Shown here: piece by piece, positions 1 to 13,270 of the stretch | Layout: each line of letters opens with the position of its first letter | How positions within the stretch are numbered: the stretch's first letter is position 1 | Source: Chiloscyllium plagiosum | Lineage: Eukaryota | Direction of reading: 5' to 3' | Assembly: GCF_004010195.1 (NCBI RefSeq) | Contig: NC_057719.1 | Location: forward strand, 54,904,973 to 54,968,972 | DNA: 64,000 nucleotides | Made by a program: the position numbers and the translations under genes | Notes under the pieces: model-generated | The model's database searches: none | Seen by the model: only the letters and a program-made list of their open reading frames with translations | Told to the model about the DNA's origin: nothing

Positions 1-329
1 CAAAGTCTTTTCCCTGGGGTGGGGGAGTGCAGAACGAGAGGGCATGGGTTTAGAGTGAGAGGGGAAAGATATAAAAGAGACCTAAGGGGCAACTTTTTCA
101 CACAGAGGGTGGTACATGTATGGAATGAGCTGCCAGAGGATATGGTGGAGGCTGGTACAATTGCAACATTTAAGAGGCATTTGGATGGGTACATGAATAG
201 GAAGGGTTTAGAGGGATATGGGCCGGGTGCTGGCAGGTGGGACTAGATTGGATTGGAATATCTGGTCGGTGTGGACAGGTTGGACCGAAGGGTTTATTTC
301 CATGCTGTACATCTCTATGACCCTATGAC
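1..329 (+). mobile_element. CR1-clade (HER1-like) LINE 3' end
   Basis: ORF 19..246 (GHGFRVRG...FFTQRVVHVWNELP...FKRHLD) is the typical CR1 ORF2 C-terminus; it ends in a ctctatga/ccctatga tail repeat. Confidence 0.9.
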
Positions 330-339
330 GCTAGCTACT

Positions 340-1620
340 CTGGGGAACTTTTTACAGATTAAGGATATAGCTTTGATTCCAGTCCCTTATGAGAAGCAGC
401 TGGTTCAGTTATAACTGATTGTAGTAAAAGGCTTGGGCCCAAGGTTGATGAGTCAAAATTGATTGAGTCAATATGTTTTGATTAGGAAATAGCTGCCTGA
501 GTGAAGTCCTAATTAAGTAAAATCAGAAGATTTTCAGGAAGGTCGAGGGACAATCAAGGAGCCAAGGCCATCTTAATGGATACTGCAAGCCCAGTGCTGT
601 GAGCTACAGAATTGACAAGACTGGGTTACACTCGTTGGAAGATAAAGTGAGGACAATCAAAGGTGCCCTCGCTTCCATGTCTGTATCAGAACTTCAGTCT
701 TTCCTTGGGCTGGTGAATTATTACAGAAAGTTCATACATAACCTGGCCTCCATCCTAGCATGTTTAGCTAAAAGAGAATGAGCCTTGGAAATGGTTATGT
801 AGCCAAGCCAAAGCTTTCAACTATGAGCCTCTAATGTGTTGGCACATTATGATCTCAAGCGAGATCGGGTATTGACATGCGATGTTTCTCTGAATGGCAT
901 CAGGGTAGTATTAGTTCATAGGTATCCCATTGGAGAGAAATGCCCCATACCATATGCATCCAGAACATTGGCTAATGCAGAGCACAAATACACCCTGATA
1001 AAGAAGAAAGGTTTGGTGGTCATATTTAGAGACAGAAAGATCCACCAATACCTTAACAGACATAAATTTGTAATAATAATGCACCACAAACCCCTTCTAG
1101 ATCTACTTAAATTGGACAAGGGTGTGCTGCCCATAGTTTCAGGCTGAATTCAGCTCTAATGCTAAGTCCGTATAATTACAAGTCGGAACACCATCTGGGA
1201 GGCCATGTTGCAAATGTAGATACCTTGAGCCACCTCCCACTGACAGATACACCATTGTTTTAAATTTTTCTGGACACATTTCCAGTCACAGCTGACAATA
1301 TCGGACTTTGGACACAGAAAGATCCAGTCTAGAAAATAACTGAAAGAACTAGTGGTGATGGGGGAAACCAAAGGGTCGTCACAGGCAGAATTGAAATGTC
1401 TTTTGGAGCCGGAGAGACCAGATCACAGTAGAGGATGGCATGTTACTATGGGGAGTAAGAGTGATTATCCTGAGTAAAGATTCCAAAATGAAGATGTTTG
1501 TGAGAAGCTATATCGGGCACCAGGACTGGATGAAGACATAGCCATGTTGGTATTGCAGTGTCCAGAGGGCTAACAAAGACAAGAACGACCACCTGCAGCT
1601 CCCCCACATCCATGTAAATG
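340..1620 (+). mobile_element. Decayed Ty3/Gypsy pol fragment (RT C-terminus, RNase H, start of integrase)
   Basis: ELQSFLGLVNYYRKFIHNL and LAHYD...LTCDVS..GI.VVL...PIPYASRTLANAEHKY motifs, broken by frameshifts and stops. Confidence 0.85.
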
Positions 1621-1923
1621 GAGGGTGGCTTGGTGACAGGAAACTAGCTTCTGTGGAGTAATTCCACTGGGGGGTAGACAGACAAATCCCTCTTGAGAGG
1701 ACTGTTTAGCTCTCTTGAAAAAAGGCAAATGATCATGGCAATTGCCAAATCAACAGAAAGCAAGAGGAGAACAAAGTCATATTGTCAGAATTGTGACAAA
1801 TTTCTCTAGTTTAAATTGGAATATTGCCAAACTCATAATGGGTTTCAAAATGTTTAGTAAGCATTCAAAGCTATGGCTTTGAGATTCAGCTATGTCCAGA
1901 ATAAAGTTATTAAGATTTGTTGA

Positions 1924-2035
1924 GGGGTCATGTGGCATAGTGGTAGCATACCTACCTTTGGGCCAGGAGGCCAAGGTTCAAATCCTGCCAGTTCCAGAGG
2001 TGTTTAATGATATTGCTGAATAGGTTGATTAGAAA
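1924..2035 (+). mobile_element. tRNA-derived SINE 5' fragment
   Basis: A-box-like gtggcatagtggtag and B-box-like ggttcaaatcc; related reverse copy at ~35860-35955. Confidence 0.5.
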
Positions 2036-2159
2036 ATAGAGGAAAAAAAATAAGATTTGCTTAGCAGTTGGGAACAAAGGTTTACAAAGATATATACATT
2101 AGATAAACAGTCAAGAGCTAAAACACCTCCACAAGGTACAGACCATGTTAAAAAGCTAA

Positions 2160-2900
2160 TTCAGTGATGGATTAAACTTCCACATGCATTGTTTAGAATT
2201 CTGGTCTTTAGACAAACACCTATAGAATCTATAGAGCACTTTGTGAGCAGATGCAATGAAAAAGGCTCTTTGATTTTCCAGATGGGGAGCCAGCAAACAA
2301 AATTGTGAGTTGTTGATCACATGCACCCTCATGTAAATTTTCACAGAAAGATTTGGTAGACAAACCGATGTCTTTTAACATCAAAAAGATACTGATTTAT
2401 GTAAGAATGAAATGATACTCACAGGTTGGCAAAGTCTACAGGTTCACAAGCACAAATTCAATCGTTGGCACGATCACCAGAACACCCAAACATAGCAAGG
2501 TATATGGAGGTGTAGCCTGTTGCATTCAGCAAAAGAAAATGTCCGGCCTTCAATAAATTTTGCAAAGCATCTTGCAGAAAAGAGCATTAAGAGAGGTTAT
2601 GCACTAGAGTAAAGACTGATGCAGCTGTAAAGAGATGTATACCGACCAAAACAGACTACAGACAAGGATTATCTTCACACAAGAATGAAGACTATTTGAT
2701 ATTCTGCCAGATGTGGATACGTGAAGTGATTGACAAACCACAATGTGACAAGTGTGTACAATGTGACATAGAATGCTGAACGTACGTTTAACACTGTCAG
2801 ACTTATCGTAAACATCAATGTCATCACAACATCTGAAGAGTTAGCAGAAGTTCAAATTTTTTGAAAACAAACAGCTTTTTGTTCTTGACTAAGATTGAAA
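2160..2900 (+). mobile_element. Decayed Gypsy gag remnant
   Basis: Manual translation gives NFHMHCLEF..RQTPIESIEHFVSRCNEKG (gag capsid-like) and a zinc-knuckle-like RCSLLH..RKCPAFNKFCKA..RKEH at ~2500-2600. Confidence 0.55.
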
Positions 2901-3271
2901 TAGCTGGAGTGCACGTACATCAATCTACCTGGACATTGAGATACCCTAAACCTTGGATACTGCTGATTTAGAAACTGGTGGTTTACCAGTATGCTGCAAC
3001 TTTGCAATGGTTACAATCCAAGGACTCCGTCAGAAGCACAGAATCTGCAGCAGAACTACTCAAAAACACTTGCAGTACTGAAGATGGAAGAAGAACAGAA
3101 TGGAAGAGAAGAATTACTTCTGAATTCGAGGAGCTAACATTTCAACTCTCTGCTGTGGAGAGAAATAAGTTCAATGGGGCAAAGACTGAATAATTAGACC
3201 AGCATAAATCCAGACTTGAACAGTACCTCTGAAATCATGGAGTCTTTGTGGGATACCTGTATTCGGCTCAT

Positions 3272-3648
3272 TAAAGCTAGGGTGATGTTATAGAGGTTTA
3301 TAAAAATCATGAAGGGCCTAGATAAGGTGAATTGCAAGGGCCTTTTCTCAATGGTGGGGGAGTTCAAAACTTGAGGGTATATTTTTAAGTTGACAGGAGA
3401 AAGTTTTAAAAAAGGACACAAGGGGCAACTTTTGTCCACAGAGTGGTTAGTGTATGGAATGAGCTGCCAGAGTAAGTGATGGATGTTACAGCATTTAAAA
3501 GAGATTTGGATAGTTCATGAATTGGAAGTTTTGGAAGGATAGAGGCCAAACGCAGGCAAATTGGACTAGCTTAGTTTAGGAACATGGTCAGTATGGACTT
3601 GTTGGACTGAAGGGTCTGTTTCCATGCTGTATGACTCCATGACTCTAC
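3272..3648 (+). mobile_element. CR1 LINE 3' end
   Basis: GDVIEVYKIMKGLDKV-like coding remnant; CR1 3' UTR ending gtatgactccatgactcta. Confidence 0.85.
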
Positions 3649-4546
3649 AGCTCAATGTCGAGCTGGAAAATGTAAAAGACCATCAAAACAAGTTGGAGCT
3701 GCACAGAAGACACAAGCTGCAGCAAATCACTGTTAATACAATCATGTCAGAAATAAACGGTAGCAATGATGCTTTCATGAAATAGTTCAAGCAGGATATA
3801 GAAAAAGACAGAGAACCACTGAAGAAGCAAATGGAAGGGGTCCAGCCTTAGAGGAAACAAAAAAATTGATGAGGCTGGATCATGTTTTTCATGGCAGGTT
3901 GTGAAGGAAAATAAAATACCAGACTAAGAGAAGGTTAAAACTTGGATAGAATGAGAAGAAATTAGAACCAGAAGGTTCAAAATGAGCTGGAAGCTCTTGA
4001 GGAGCAAAACAGTAAACACAAATATGTTGTGGACCACTCAAAACAGCTTGAGGAATGAAAGGCTAATCTGAAGCAAAACTTAGTTGTATTGTTTTAGGGA
4101 AGCAAATTCTAGAAATAACACAAACAGGAATGACAAACAAACTCACTGATGACTGTGGGCATTCAATAAGACTTTCAGACAAAATCATCGATACAAGATT
4201 TGGACACTAACAAGTTACCTATATAGAACATAGACAGCACAGTACAGGCCCTTCAGCCCACAATGTTGTGCCATGCATTTATCTTAATCTAAGATCAACC
4301 TAACCTAAATACCCCTTGATTTACTGTTGTCCATGTGCTTGTCCAGCAGTTGCTTAAATGTCCCTAATGTCTCTGAGTCTACTATTACTGCTGGCAGTGC
4401 ATTCCATGCACCCACCACTCTCTGCATAAATAACCTACCTCTGACATCTCCCCTATGGCTTCCTCCAATCACTTAAATGTATGACGCCTCATGACAACCA
4501 TTTCTACCTGGGGAAAAATCTCTGGCTATCTACTCTATAGAGTAGA

Positions 4547-5168
4547 TGGGTGGCACGGTGGTTCAGTGGTTAGCACTGCAGCCTCACAGCGCCAGGGACC
4601 TAGGTTCGATGCCTGCCATGGGTGACTGTCTATGTGGAGTTTCCTCCAGATGCTCTGGTTTCCTCCCACAGTCCAAAGATGTGCAGGTCAGGTGGATTGG
4701 CCATGCTAAATTACTCATAGTGTTAGGTGCATTAGATTAGATTAGATTAGATTAGATTAGATTAGATTACAGTGTGGAAACAGGCCCTTCGGCCCAACAA
4801 GTCCACACCGACCCGCCGAAGCGCAACCCACCCATACCCCTAAATTTCCCCTTACCTAACACTACGGACAATTTAGTATGGCCAATTCACCTGACCCTGC
4901 ACATCTTTGGACTGTGGGAGGAAACCGGAGCACCCGGAGGGAACCCACGCAGACACGGGGAGAATGTGCAAACTCCACACAGTCAGTCGCCTGAGGCGGG
5001 AATTGAACCCGGGTCTCTGGCGCTGTGAGGCAGCAGTGCTAACCACTGTGCCACCGTGCCGCCCACTAGTCAGAGGGAAGTGGGTTACTCTTTGGAGGGT
5101 TGGTGTAGTCTTGTTGGGCCGAAGGGCCTGTTTCCAGATTGTATAGAATCTAATCTAATCTAATCTAT
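4547..5168 (+). mobile_element. HE1-type V-SINE (older variant), split by a nested SINE
   Basis: tRNA head gggtggcacggtggttcagtggttag; V-domain; 3' part resumes at ~5065 and ends in (taatc)n. Confidence 0.85.
4733..5064 (-). mobile_element. HE1-type V-SINE, full length, young
   Basis: (attag)n tail at 4731-4768, V-domain, tRNA head ending ccgtgccgccc. Confidence 0.92.
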
Positions 5169-6006
5169 CTATGCCTCTCATTACATCTCTATCAAGTCAC
5201 CTCTCTTCCTTCTTCTCTCCAGTGTGAAAAACCCAAGCTCACTCAAACTCTCTTCATAAGACGTGCCCTCCAATCCAGTTAGTATCCTGGTAAATCTCCT
5301 CTGCATCCACTCTAAAACATCTACATCCTTCCTATAATGAGGTGACTGGAACTGGAAACAATATTCCAAGTGTGTTCTAGCCAGGGTTTTATGGAGCTGC
5401 AGTAAAACCTCACGATTCTGAAACTCAATCCCCCTGTTAATGAAAACCAAAACACTATATACCTTCTGAACAATCCTAAACACTTGGGTGGCAACTTTGA
5501 GGAATCTATGCACATGGACCCCAAGATCCCACTGTTCCTCCACACTGCCAAAAATCCTCTCTTTAAACCTGCATTCAGCATTCAAATTCCAACTTCCAAA
5601 ATTAATCACTTCATATTTGTCCAGGTTGAACTCCATCTGCCACTTCTCAGCCCAGCTCTGCATCCTGTCAATGTCTTAGTGTCAAAGGCTATTGCAGGCT
5701 ACAATATCTACAACACCATTGACCTTTGTATCATTGGCAAACGTAATAACCCACCCTTCTGCTTCTTCATCCAAGTAATTTATAAAAACTACAAAGAGCA
5801 GAGGTCTAAGAACAGATCCCTGTGGGACACCAATGGTTACTGACCTCCAGGCGGAATACTTTCCATGCACTATCACTCTCTATCTTCTTTCGGCCAGCCA
5901 ATTCCATATCCAGACAGCCAGATTTCCCTGCATCCCATGTCTCCTAACTTTCTGAATGAGCCTACTGTGGGGAACCTTATCAAATGCCTTGCTGAAATCG
6001 ATATAC

Positions 6007-6163
6007 TGAAAAAATGTGTTGCTGGAAAAGCGCAGCAGGTCAGGCAGCATCCAAGGAGCAGGAGAATCCATTAACTTGGACACTGTCTGACCTGCTGCAC
6101 TTTTCCAGCAACACATTTTTCAGCTCTGATCTCTAGTATCTGCAGTCCTCACTTTCTCCTAGT
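6007..6163 (+). mobile_element. Penelope-like pseudo-LTR fold-back mini-insertion
   Basis: Inverted arms (tgtgttgctggaaaag / cttttccagcaacaca); 14-bp TSD tgaaatc(g/a)atatac at 5993-6006 and 6164-6177. Confidence 0.8.
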
Positions 6164-8472
6164 TGAAATCAATATACACCACATCCACTGCTTGACCTTC
6201 ATCACCTTGTCCCGTCACATCCTCAAAGAACTCAATAAGGCTTGTGAAGCATGACCTGCCCCTCACAAAGCCATGCTGACTATCTTGAATCAAACTATGT
6301 TTTTTCCAAATTGTCATAAATCCTTTCTCTCAGAATCCTTTCCAGTACCTTGCTTACCACAGACTGTAATTCCCAGGGATTTCCCTATTCCCTTTCTTGA
6401 ACAGAGGAACAACATTTGCCTCTCTCCAATCATTCTGGTACTACTCGCGTGGAGAGTGAGGATGCACCGATCAATGCCAGAGGTGCAGCAATCTTATTCC
6501 TCACTTCCTGTAGTAATCCTGGATATATCTGGTCTGGCCCTGTGGACTTATCTATATTGGTACTTCGCAGAACTTCCTGCACATCCACTTCCTTAATGCC
6601 AATCTGTTCAAGCCATTAACCTGGTCCACGGTGTTCTCACTATCAAAAAGGTCCCTCTCTCTGGTGAATACTGAAGTAAAGAATTAATTTAGGGCTTCCC
6701 GTTCCTCTTCAGATTTCAGGCACAAGTTCCCTCCAGTATCCCTGATCAGGCCCACACTCTCTCTGACCATTTTCTTACTCCACACAAACATGGAGTACAC
6801 ATTTGGGTTTTCCCCGATCCTTCTCGTCAAGACTTTTTTGTACCCTCTCCAAGCTCTCCTCAGTCCATTTTTGAGTTCTTTCCTAGCTACCTTGTAATAC
6901 TGTAAAACTGTGCCGATCCTTTCTTCCTCAACCTTAAGTAAGCTTTCTTCTTCCTTTTGACGAGAAGCTCCTCTACTCTTGTCATCCAAGACTCCTTCAC
7001 CTTACCATTCCTTGTCTGTTTCAGTGGGACAAACTTATCCAACACTCGCAATAAATGCTCTTTAAACAGCTTCCACATTTCCCATAGAATAATTGTTTCC
7101 AATTTGTACTCCACAGCTCCTGTCTAATAGCAATATAATTTCCCCTCGCCCAATTAAATACCTTCAAATACTGTCTCTTCCTATCCCACTCCATGACTAT
7201 GGTAAAGGTGAGGTAGTTGTGGTCACTGTCACCGAAATGCTCTCCCATCAAGAGATCTGACATCTGGCCTGGCTTGTTGCCTAGCACCAAATGTAATATG
7301 GACTTCCCCCTAGTCAGCATATCTACATATTGAGTCAGGAATCCTTCCTGGACACAATTGACAAATTCAGCTCCATCCAGACTGCACTAAAGAAGTTCCA
7401 ATCAATATTGGGAAGTTAAAGTTACTCCCTAACAACAACTCTGTTTCATCTACTCCTTTCCAAGGTCTGCTGTCCAATCTGTTCTTCCATCTGTCTTCTG
7501 CTATTGGGGGGTCAATATGTTATAAAGTTTCAGGCTCACTTGTTATTGTTAATAATTAGGCTTTCTTTTGGAAAAAAAGAGTGATATGGAATGTATACCT
7601 TGTGTTTAAGAGTTCCCTTTTAAAGACTCTGTGTATTGTCTGCATACAATATTGTGACTCTGCCTGGCAGTTATTTTGCATACCCACAGCAAACTAACAT
7701 TACACTCAATGCAAAATTCTTTATCTGTTAGAACTCACTTCAGTTGATTCAACTGAATTGTACCATAGAAACATTCACTCAGGAAAATATTTCTGCTAAA
7801 TCTACATAACAAGATTTTAAATAGCTCATGTAGTGCATTAAAAATCAATTCCATAATAATTTAAAACTATATCTTCTAACTGTAAGTTTTTTTCAGCTTC
7901 TATGCTTACTGAATTTTGAAATTGAATGGATGAGTATTTATTGAACACACAATCCGTAGTGGAGCATTGATATATTTGTTTACGTATTCATTTAAACTTT
8001 ATTAACTTTTTAAATCAAAATTTGTTGGTGACTTTATTCTGCACTTTGTTTTATAGATGCCATGCTAATTAAGATATTCTGGAAAAAACTGAAACCTGTT
8101 CAAGTTCACAATGGTGAAAACGCATCCAGTATTGATCTCTTTAGTTCACATCAAATGCATTGACTGATGTTCGTAAAATGACCTTCCTGATGTATTTCCC
8201 AAAGTGTAGCTCTTCATAGTTTCACTCCAGGGCCACTTCCTGGAACCAACTCAGCAGTTCTGAGGGCCACCAGTGCCTTCAGTTCTGCTTTCCTTTACTC
8301 TTGTAGAAGTTTTCATTCCTTTAGCATAATGGATAATACCAGTGTAGTGATGTAGCAGCTGATGTCACTCTGACAACAGCAGGGAAAATTGAAAGAAGAC
8401 ATCATATCAGAAATAAGCATGTAAAGTGTGAAACCATGGATGTTAGAGCAGAGGGCTGAAGAGTAGAGTAAC

Positions 8473-8794
8473 GGGGCGGCACGGTGGCACAGTAGTTAGC
8501 ACTGCTGCCTCACAGCGCCAGAGACCTGGGTTCAATTCCCGCCTCAGGCGACTGACTGTGTGGAGTTTGCACATTCTCCCCGTGACTGCGTGGGTTTCCT
8601 CCGGGTGCTCCGGTTTCCTCCCACAGTCCAAAGATGTGCAGGTTAGGTGAATTGGCCATGCTAAATTGCCCATAGTGTTAGTGAAGGGGTAAATGTAGGG
8701 GAATGGGTCTGGGTGGGTGCGCTGCGGCGGGTCGGTGTGGACTTGTTGGGCCGAAGGGCCTGTTTCCACACTGTAAGTAATCTAATCTAATCTA
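8473..8794 (+). mobile_element. HE1-type V-SINE, full length
   Basis: ggggcggcacggtggcacag head, V-domain, CR1-like tail and (taatc)n. Confidence 0.92.
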
Positions 8795-9166
8795 TAATGC
8801 ACAGATGCAAATTAAAGAGTGTTAAAATATATAAAAAGTGGAAGTACCTTACTATAGGACAAGGAGCCAATAGTCTCTACAAGTGTATTTGTAGATACTC
8901 ATAGTCTAGAGATACTACAAATACGTATTTAACTATGCCAACATAAATCATAGAATTGGAGCAGCTGGGAAAACTCGAGAGCCAGACATGAAGCACAATC
9001 ACAATCAAAATAGCCAGTATTCTTCAAGCAATGCAATTACTCAGAGAAACTAATATCAAATACAAACCTCCACTTATAAGCAACAAATTCAGACACTTCC
9101 CTTCAAAGGCAGGTGTTAACCATATGGCAAGTCCTCCATGTTAGTTCTGAACTCCAGTTCTGAACG

Positions 9167-9362
9167 GTTGAGAGTGTTTTGCTGGAAAAGCACAGCAGGT
9201 CAGGCAGCATCCGAGGAGTAGGAGAATTGACATTTTGGGTATAAGCCCTTCATCAGGAAGGGGCCTGGCCTGAAACATCAATTTTCCTGCTGCTCGGATG
9301 CTGCCTGACCTGCTGTGCTTTTCCAACAACACACTCCCAACTCTGATCTCCGGCATCTGCAG
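9167..9362. mobile_element. Penelope-like pLTR inverted pair with degenerate hammerhead motifs at the centre
   Basis: Long inverted repeat of the gctggaaaagcacagcaggtcaggcagcatcc unit; the minus strand reads cctgatgaagggcttatacccaaaatgtc. Confidence 0.8.
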
Positions 9363-9372
9363 ATCTGTCTTA

Positions 9373-9505
9373 AGGTTCTGAAGGGGTTAGATTAGACTCA
9401 AAACATTCCCTCTGTTTCTCTCTCCACAGATGCTGCCAGACCTGCTGAGTTTCTCCAGCATTCTCAGTTTGATTCAGATGTCCAGCATTCATGGTATTTT
9501 GCTTT
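9373..9505 (+). mobile_element. Penelope-like pLTR, second family
   Basis: ctctccacagatgctgccagacctgctgagtttctccagca unit, shared with 10793, 18650, 55070 and 57161. Confidence 0.65.
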
Positions 9506-9539
9506 TCTTCTCCACTTTATTGTCAGTCAAACAGAGAAG

Positions 9540-10200
9540 CAGAGAGACTGGTCAAGACCATTAAAGTCACTGATACAAAAGAATGCAGACTGGGAATCAG
9601 TATGGCTCGGTTATAAAACAACACCAGTAAATAATGGTCATTCACAGCTGAATTGTAATGAAAAGCAGGTTGAAAGTAGATGCATTAGTTTCAAAGTGAA
9701 ATCCAGGTCATCTCTCAAGTAAGAGAAAATAAAATAAAGACCACAGCAAACAAACTGTGGAAGTGGTAAAACTGTAGTGTAGCACAAAAGCACTGTTGGC
9801 TTTAAAAGCAAGACAGAATGTTTGGTTAAAAGACTAAAAATCAAAAGCAACAATCATTAGAGGAATAAATGAACCGAGATCCTATTGAGTCAGAACCACT
9901 GAAGGAGTATTCAGCAGAAACAGGGAGGCATTGATCTTACTCAAACCAAGAAATGAAACGAAGTCTAACTCTCACAGGATTTAGACGGAAGATACCCATC
10001 CTCCATTAAATAACATATAGAATGATACAAAACAATCCAGAAATGTTATAGAACCATCAGGCTTATGATGAAATCAAATAAATCAGATCAAGATATCCAG
10101 TCATATTCCAAATTGCCTCGATCTGTAAGATTTGATGTTTGGGAGTTGGGACATGGAATGCTTGTGGGAGTGGGGAGATAATGATAATGCTCATGATTGA
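9540..10200 (+). mobile_element. Highly decayed Gypsy integrase 3' region with possible PPT
   Basis: YKTTPVNNGHS resembles integrase YRTTP..TG.SPAEL; purine tract gggagtggggaga at ~10167. Confidence 0.4.
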
Positions 10201-10792
10201 AATGACTGAAAATAAATTACTGAAATTATATATACCAACTCAGAAAAATGGAAAGAGATATATTATATTGGAATATACAGAGGACGAATGATTTAATTGA
10301 CAATGTTACTTTGATGTCATCAGCAGCAAAGATTGCAAGATGACATCGGATTAGGAAGAAGTATGTAAAGAGAGATTTTCGACAATACAGCAGACATCTT
10401 CATTTAGTAACCTGGAATGTGCAGACGTAAGTGAAAGTGTTCAGTTCAAAAGGAGCGATAAAGCCTTATAATGGGATTAGGGATGAATAGTTTCGGAGTT
10501 TATTTATAGATACTCATGCGCAGGGATACTAATTATGCTAATAGCAGTAATAGCTTAAAGCATCAAATAAAGCAGTCTTTTCATCTATACTTGGTTCATT
10601 TGAAACTCCCCCAAATCTGCATTTTGCAAATAAATCCAGTCTCTGCTTTCCTCACACCTTTGGCATGCTAGTATTATGCAAACTCATGAATAGTACTTGT
10701 TGCACTCACTTTATAGATGTGGAATTGCAAATGAATTAGTGATGAAAGAATGACTGCTATTGTGTGCATTAAAGCAAATACAATTGTATTTT

Positions 10793-10895
10793 TTGAGGAA
10801 AGGTCACTGGACCTGAAACATTAACTCTGATTTCTCTCTTCTAGTGCTGCCAGTCCTGCTGAGCTTTTCCAGCATTTTCTGTTTTTGTTGTTTTT
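10793..10895 (+). mobile_element. Penelope-like solo pLTR
   Basis: tgaggaaaggtcactggacctgaaacattaactc followed by the conserved pLTR unit. Confidence 0.65.
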
Positions 10896-11609
10896 TTCTG
10901 AGGCCTGTAGTTGTTTGATGGGTCCAATGTTACACAAATCAGGTTTCTTCCTGCAGTTGCCTTGCTGAAGAAAAACAGGGGCATCGTGCACCAATTTACA
11001 GGATTAGGGACTCGGCTCAGAATAAACTTGTGTGGCCTCATGAATATACTTGATTTACACTTCCCCAGCAGAGAATGTGGTAGATATTACATTATATCAC
11101 AAAATGCTCAATTTGTGGAATATACAAAACTCTCTCCACACCTAGAAAATGCATAAAATAACTCTCAAAGGATGTACAATGATATATATACATAATTTCC
11201 CTGAATACAATATGATTAAACCAACATTAATAATACCTGAAAAATACCAGATTACGTTGAATCAGTGTTTTCACTCCAATAAAAGCTAATACATTAATGA
11301 CTGATACTATCAGATTCATGTACATGTAGAATAAAGTATTTTCTTCACAGCAATAGGTGCTTAACAAAAATGACATGTTTTGATAAGAAATAGTAAAAGA
11401 CCAACTTGTTTTTCCACCTTCCTGCATACTTGGAATTAATGTATCAAATGTTTCTCCTACCCTCTGTCTGGGTGACTCTTTACATTCCCATTAATTGCCT
11501 CTGTTCTCTCAATATCTCTTCCAGTTTCAAAACTGAATTTTGACTTTAACTACCAACTACAGGTAATGGTTGAAACTGTGATATTGACTAATTAGTCTTA
11601 ATCAAAGAC

Positions 11610-13140
11610 TTAGAGTCATAGAATCATATAGCATGAAAACAGACCTTTCAGCCCAACTAGTCCATACCAATCATGTACCCAAAATAAATTATTTCTACCT
11701 GACTGCATGTGGCCCAAATCCCTCCAAACCTTTCCTATTCGTGACCTTATCCAAACATCTTTCAAACGTTGTAACTGTACCTGTATCCATCAGTTCTTCT
11801 GGCAGTTCATTCCACACGTGAACAACTCCATGTAAAAAAAGCTCTCCCTCATGTCCTTTTTAAACCTTTCTCCTCTCACCTTAAAAATATGCCCTTTAAT
11901 TTTGAATTCCCTTCCTTAGGGAAAACACCCTTGCTAATTAACCTTACCCATGCCCTTCATGGTTTTATAAATATCAATAAGGTCACCCCTCAACCTCCTA
12001 CATGCAATGAAAAAGGTCTACCTTTATGACTCAAACTCCCCATTCCTGGCAATATCTGGCAAATCTTTTCTAAACCCTCTTCCAGTTTAAAAATATCTTT
12101 CCTATAACAGGGTGACCAGAGCTGCACACAGTACTCCACAGGAGGCCTCATCAACATCCCATACAACCACAAGATAGAGTCAGCAAAGGTGTGAATGATG
12201 TAGGCAGCATACTAAGAGCCTTCATAAGCACCTTATCTACCTGTGATGCAAATTTCAAAAAATTATGTACCTGAATCCCTACATCTCTCTATAATACAAA
12301 ACTACCCAAGGCCCTACCATTAATTTCATAACTCCTACCCTTGTCTGTTTTACCAAATTGTGATATTTCGCATTTATCCAAATTGAACTCCATCTATCAC
12401 TGCTCAGCGCATTCACCCAATTGATCAAGATTTCTTTGTAATCTTACATAACCTTGTTCACTGACACCACCAATCTTGGTGTCATCCACAAACTAACGAT
12501 CAGTGCCTTCTATATTCTCATCCAAATCATTTATATAAATGGCAAACAAAAGTGGACATAACACCAATCCACGTGGAACATTACTGGTCACAGGCCTACA
12601 GTTTGAAAACCAAGCCTCCACCACCACCATCTGTCTCCTAATGAAAAGTCAATTTTGTAGCCAATTGCCAAGCTCTTCCTGAATCCCATGCGACCTAATT
12701 TTTCTAATCAGTCGATCATGCAGAAACTTGTCAAAAGCTTTATTAAAGTCCAAGTAAACAACATTTTCTGCTCTTAGTTCATCAATTATTTTGCTTAATT
12801 CCTCAAAAAACTCAATAAGTTTGTGAGGCATGATTTCCCATGTACAAAGCCATGTAGACTATTCCTAATCATTCCTTGCCTCTCCAAATTCATGTAAATC
12901 CTATCATTTAGAATGACCTCCAACAGCTTACCCACCACCAACATTAGACTCTCAGGTCTATAGTTCCCCTTACAGCCTTTCGTAAATAAACACACATCAT
13001 GAGTGACCCTCCAAACCTCCGGCACCTCACCCATTGTTATAGATGATACAAATATTAATGCTGGGGGCCCCACAAATTTCCTCCCTAATTTCTCACTATA
13101 TCTTGGGATACACATGACCAGGTTCCGGAGATTTATCCAA
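11610..13140 (-). mobile_element. CR1 LINE remnant (RT to 3' end)
   Basis: YLDFNKAFDK, HGFVHGKSCLTNL and EYCVQLWSPCYRKDI motifs; tagagtcatagaatcata tail. Confidence 0.9.
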
Positions 13141-13164
13141 CCTTTATGTTTTTTGATGTGCTTT

Positions 13165-13270
13165 TGCTCAAGCAAAATGTCATCCAAAAAGTAATGCATT
13201 CCTTTCATCTCCTTTAGGATCTGATCCATAACACAATGGAATGCTGAAGATGAATAGACACACAAAATGG
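13165..13270 (-). mobile_element. Gypsy RT fragment
   Basis: SSAFHCVMDQILKEMKGMHYFLDDIL contains the Gypsy (Y/F)LDD catalytic motif. Confidence 0.6.

Larger units (their letters stand above)
4222..7510 (-). mobile_element. Long CR1 LINE remnant (ORF2 RT), interrupted by two SINEs and a Penelope mini-insert
   Basis: Minus-strand ORFs with DFSKAFDKVPH, GVPQGSVL, FANDTK, WAEKWQMEFN and HLEYC motifs; tail atagaacataga at ~4222. Confidence 0.92.

Noticed and set aside
4774..5146. Recurrent ORFs such as LDCGRKPEHPEETHADTGRMCKLHT (also 8443, 14660, 33191)
   Set aside because: Antisense translations of the V-SINE, not a gene family
8473..8545. tRNA-like sequence with A and B boxes
   Set aside because: SINE head continuing into the V-domain; not a tRNA gene
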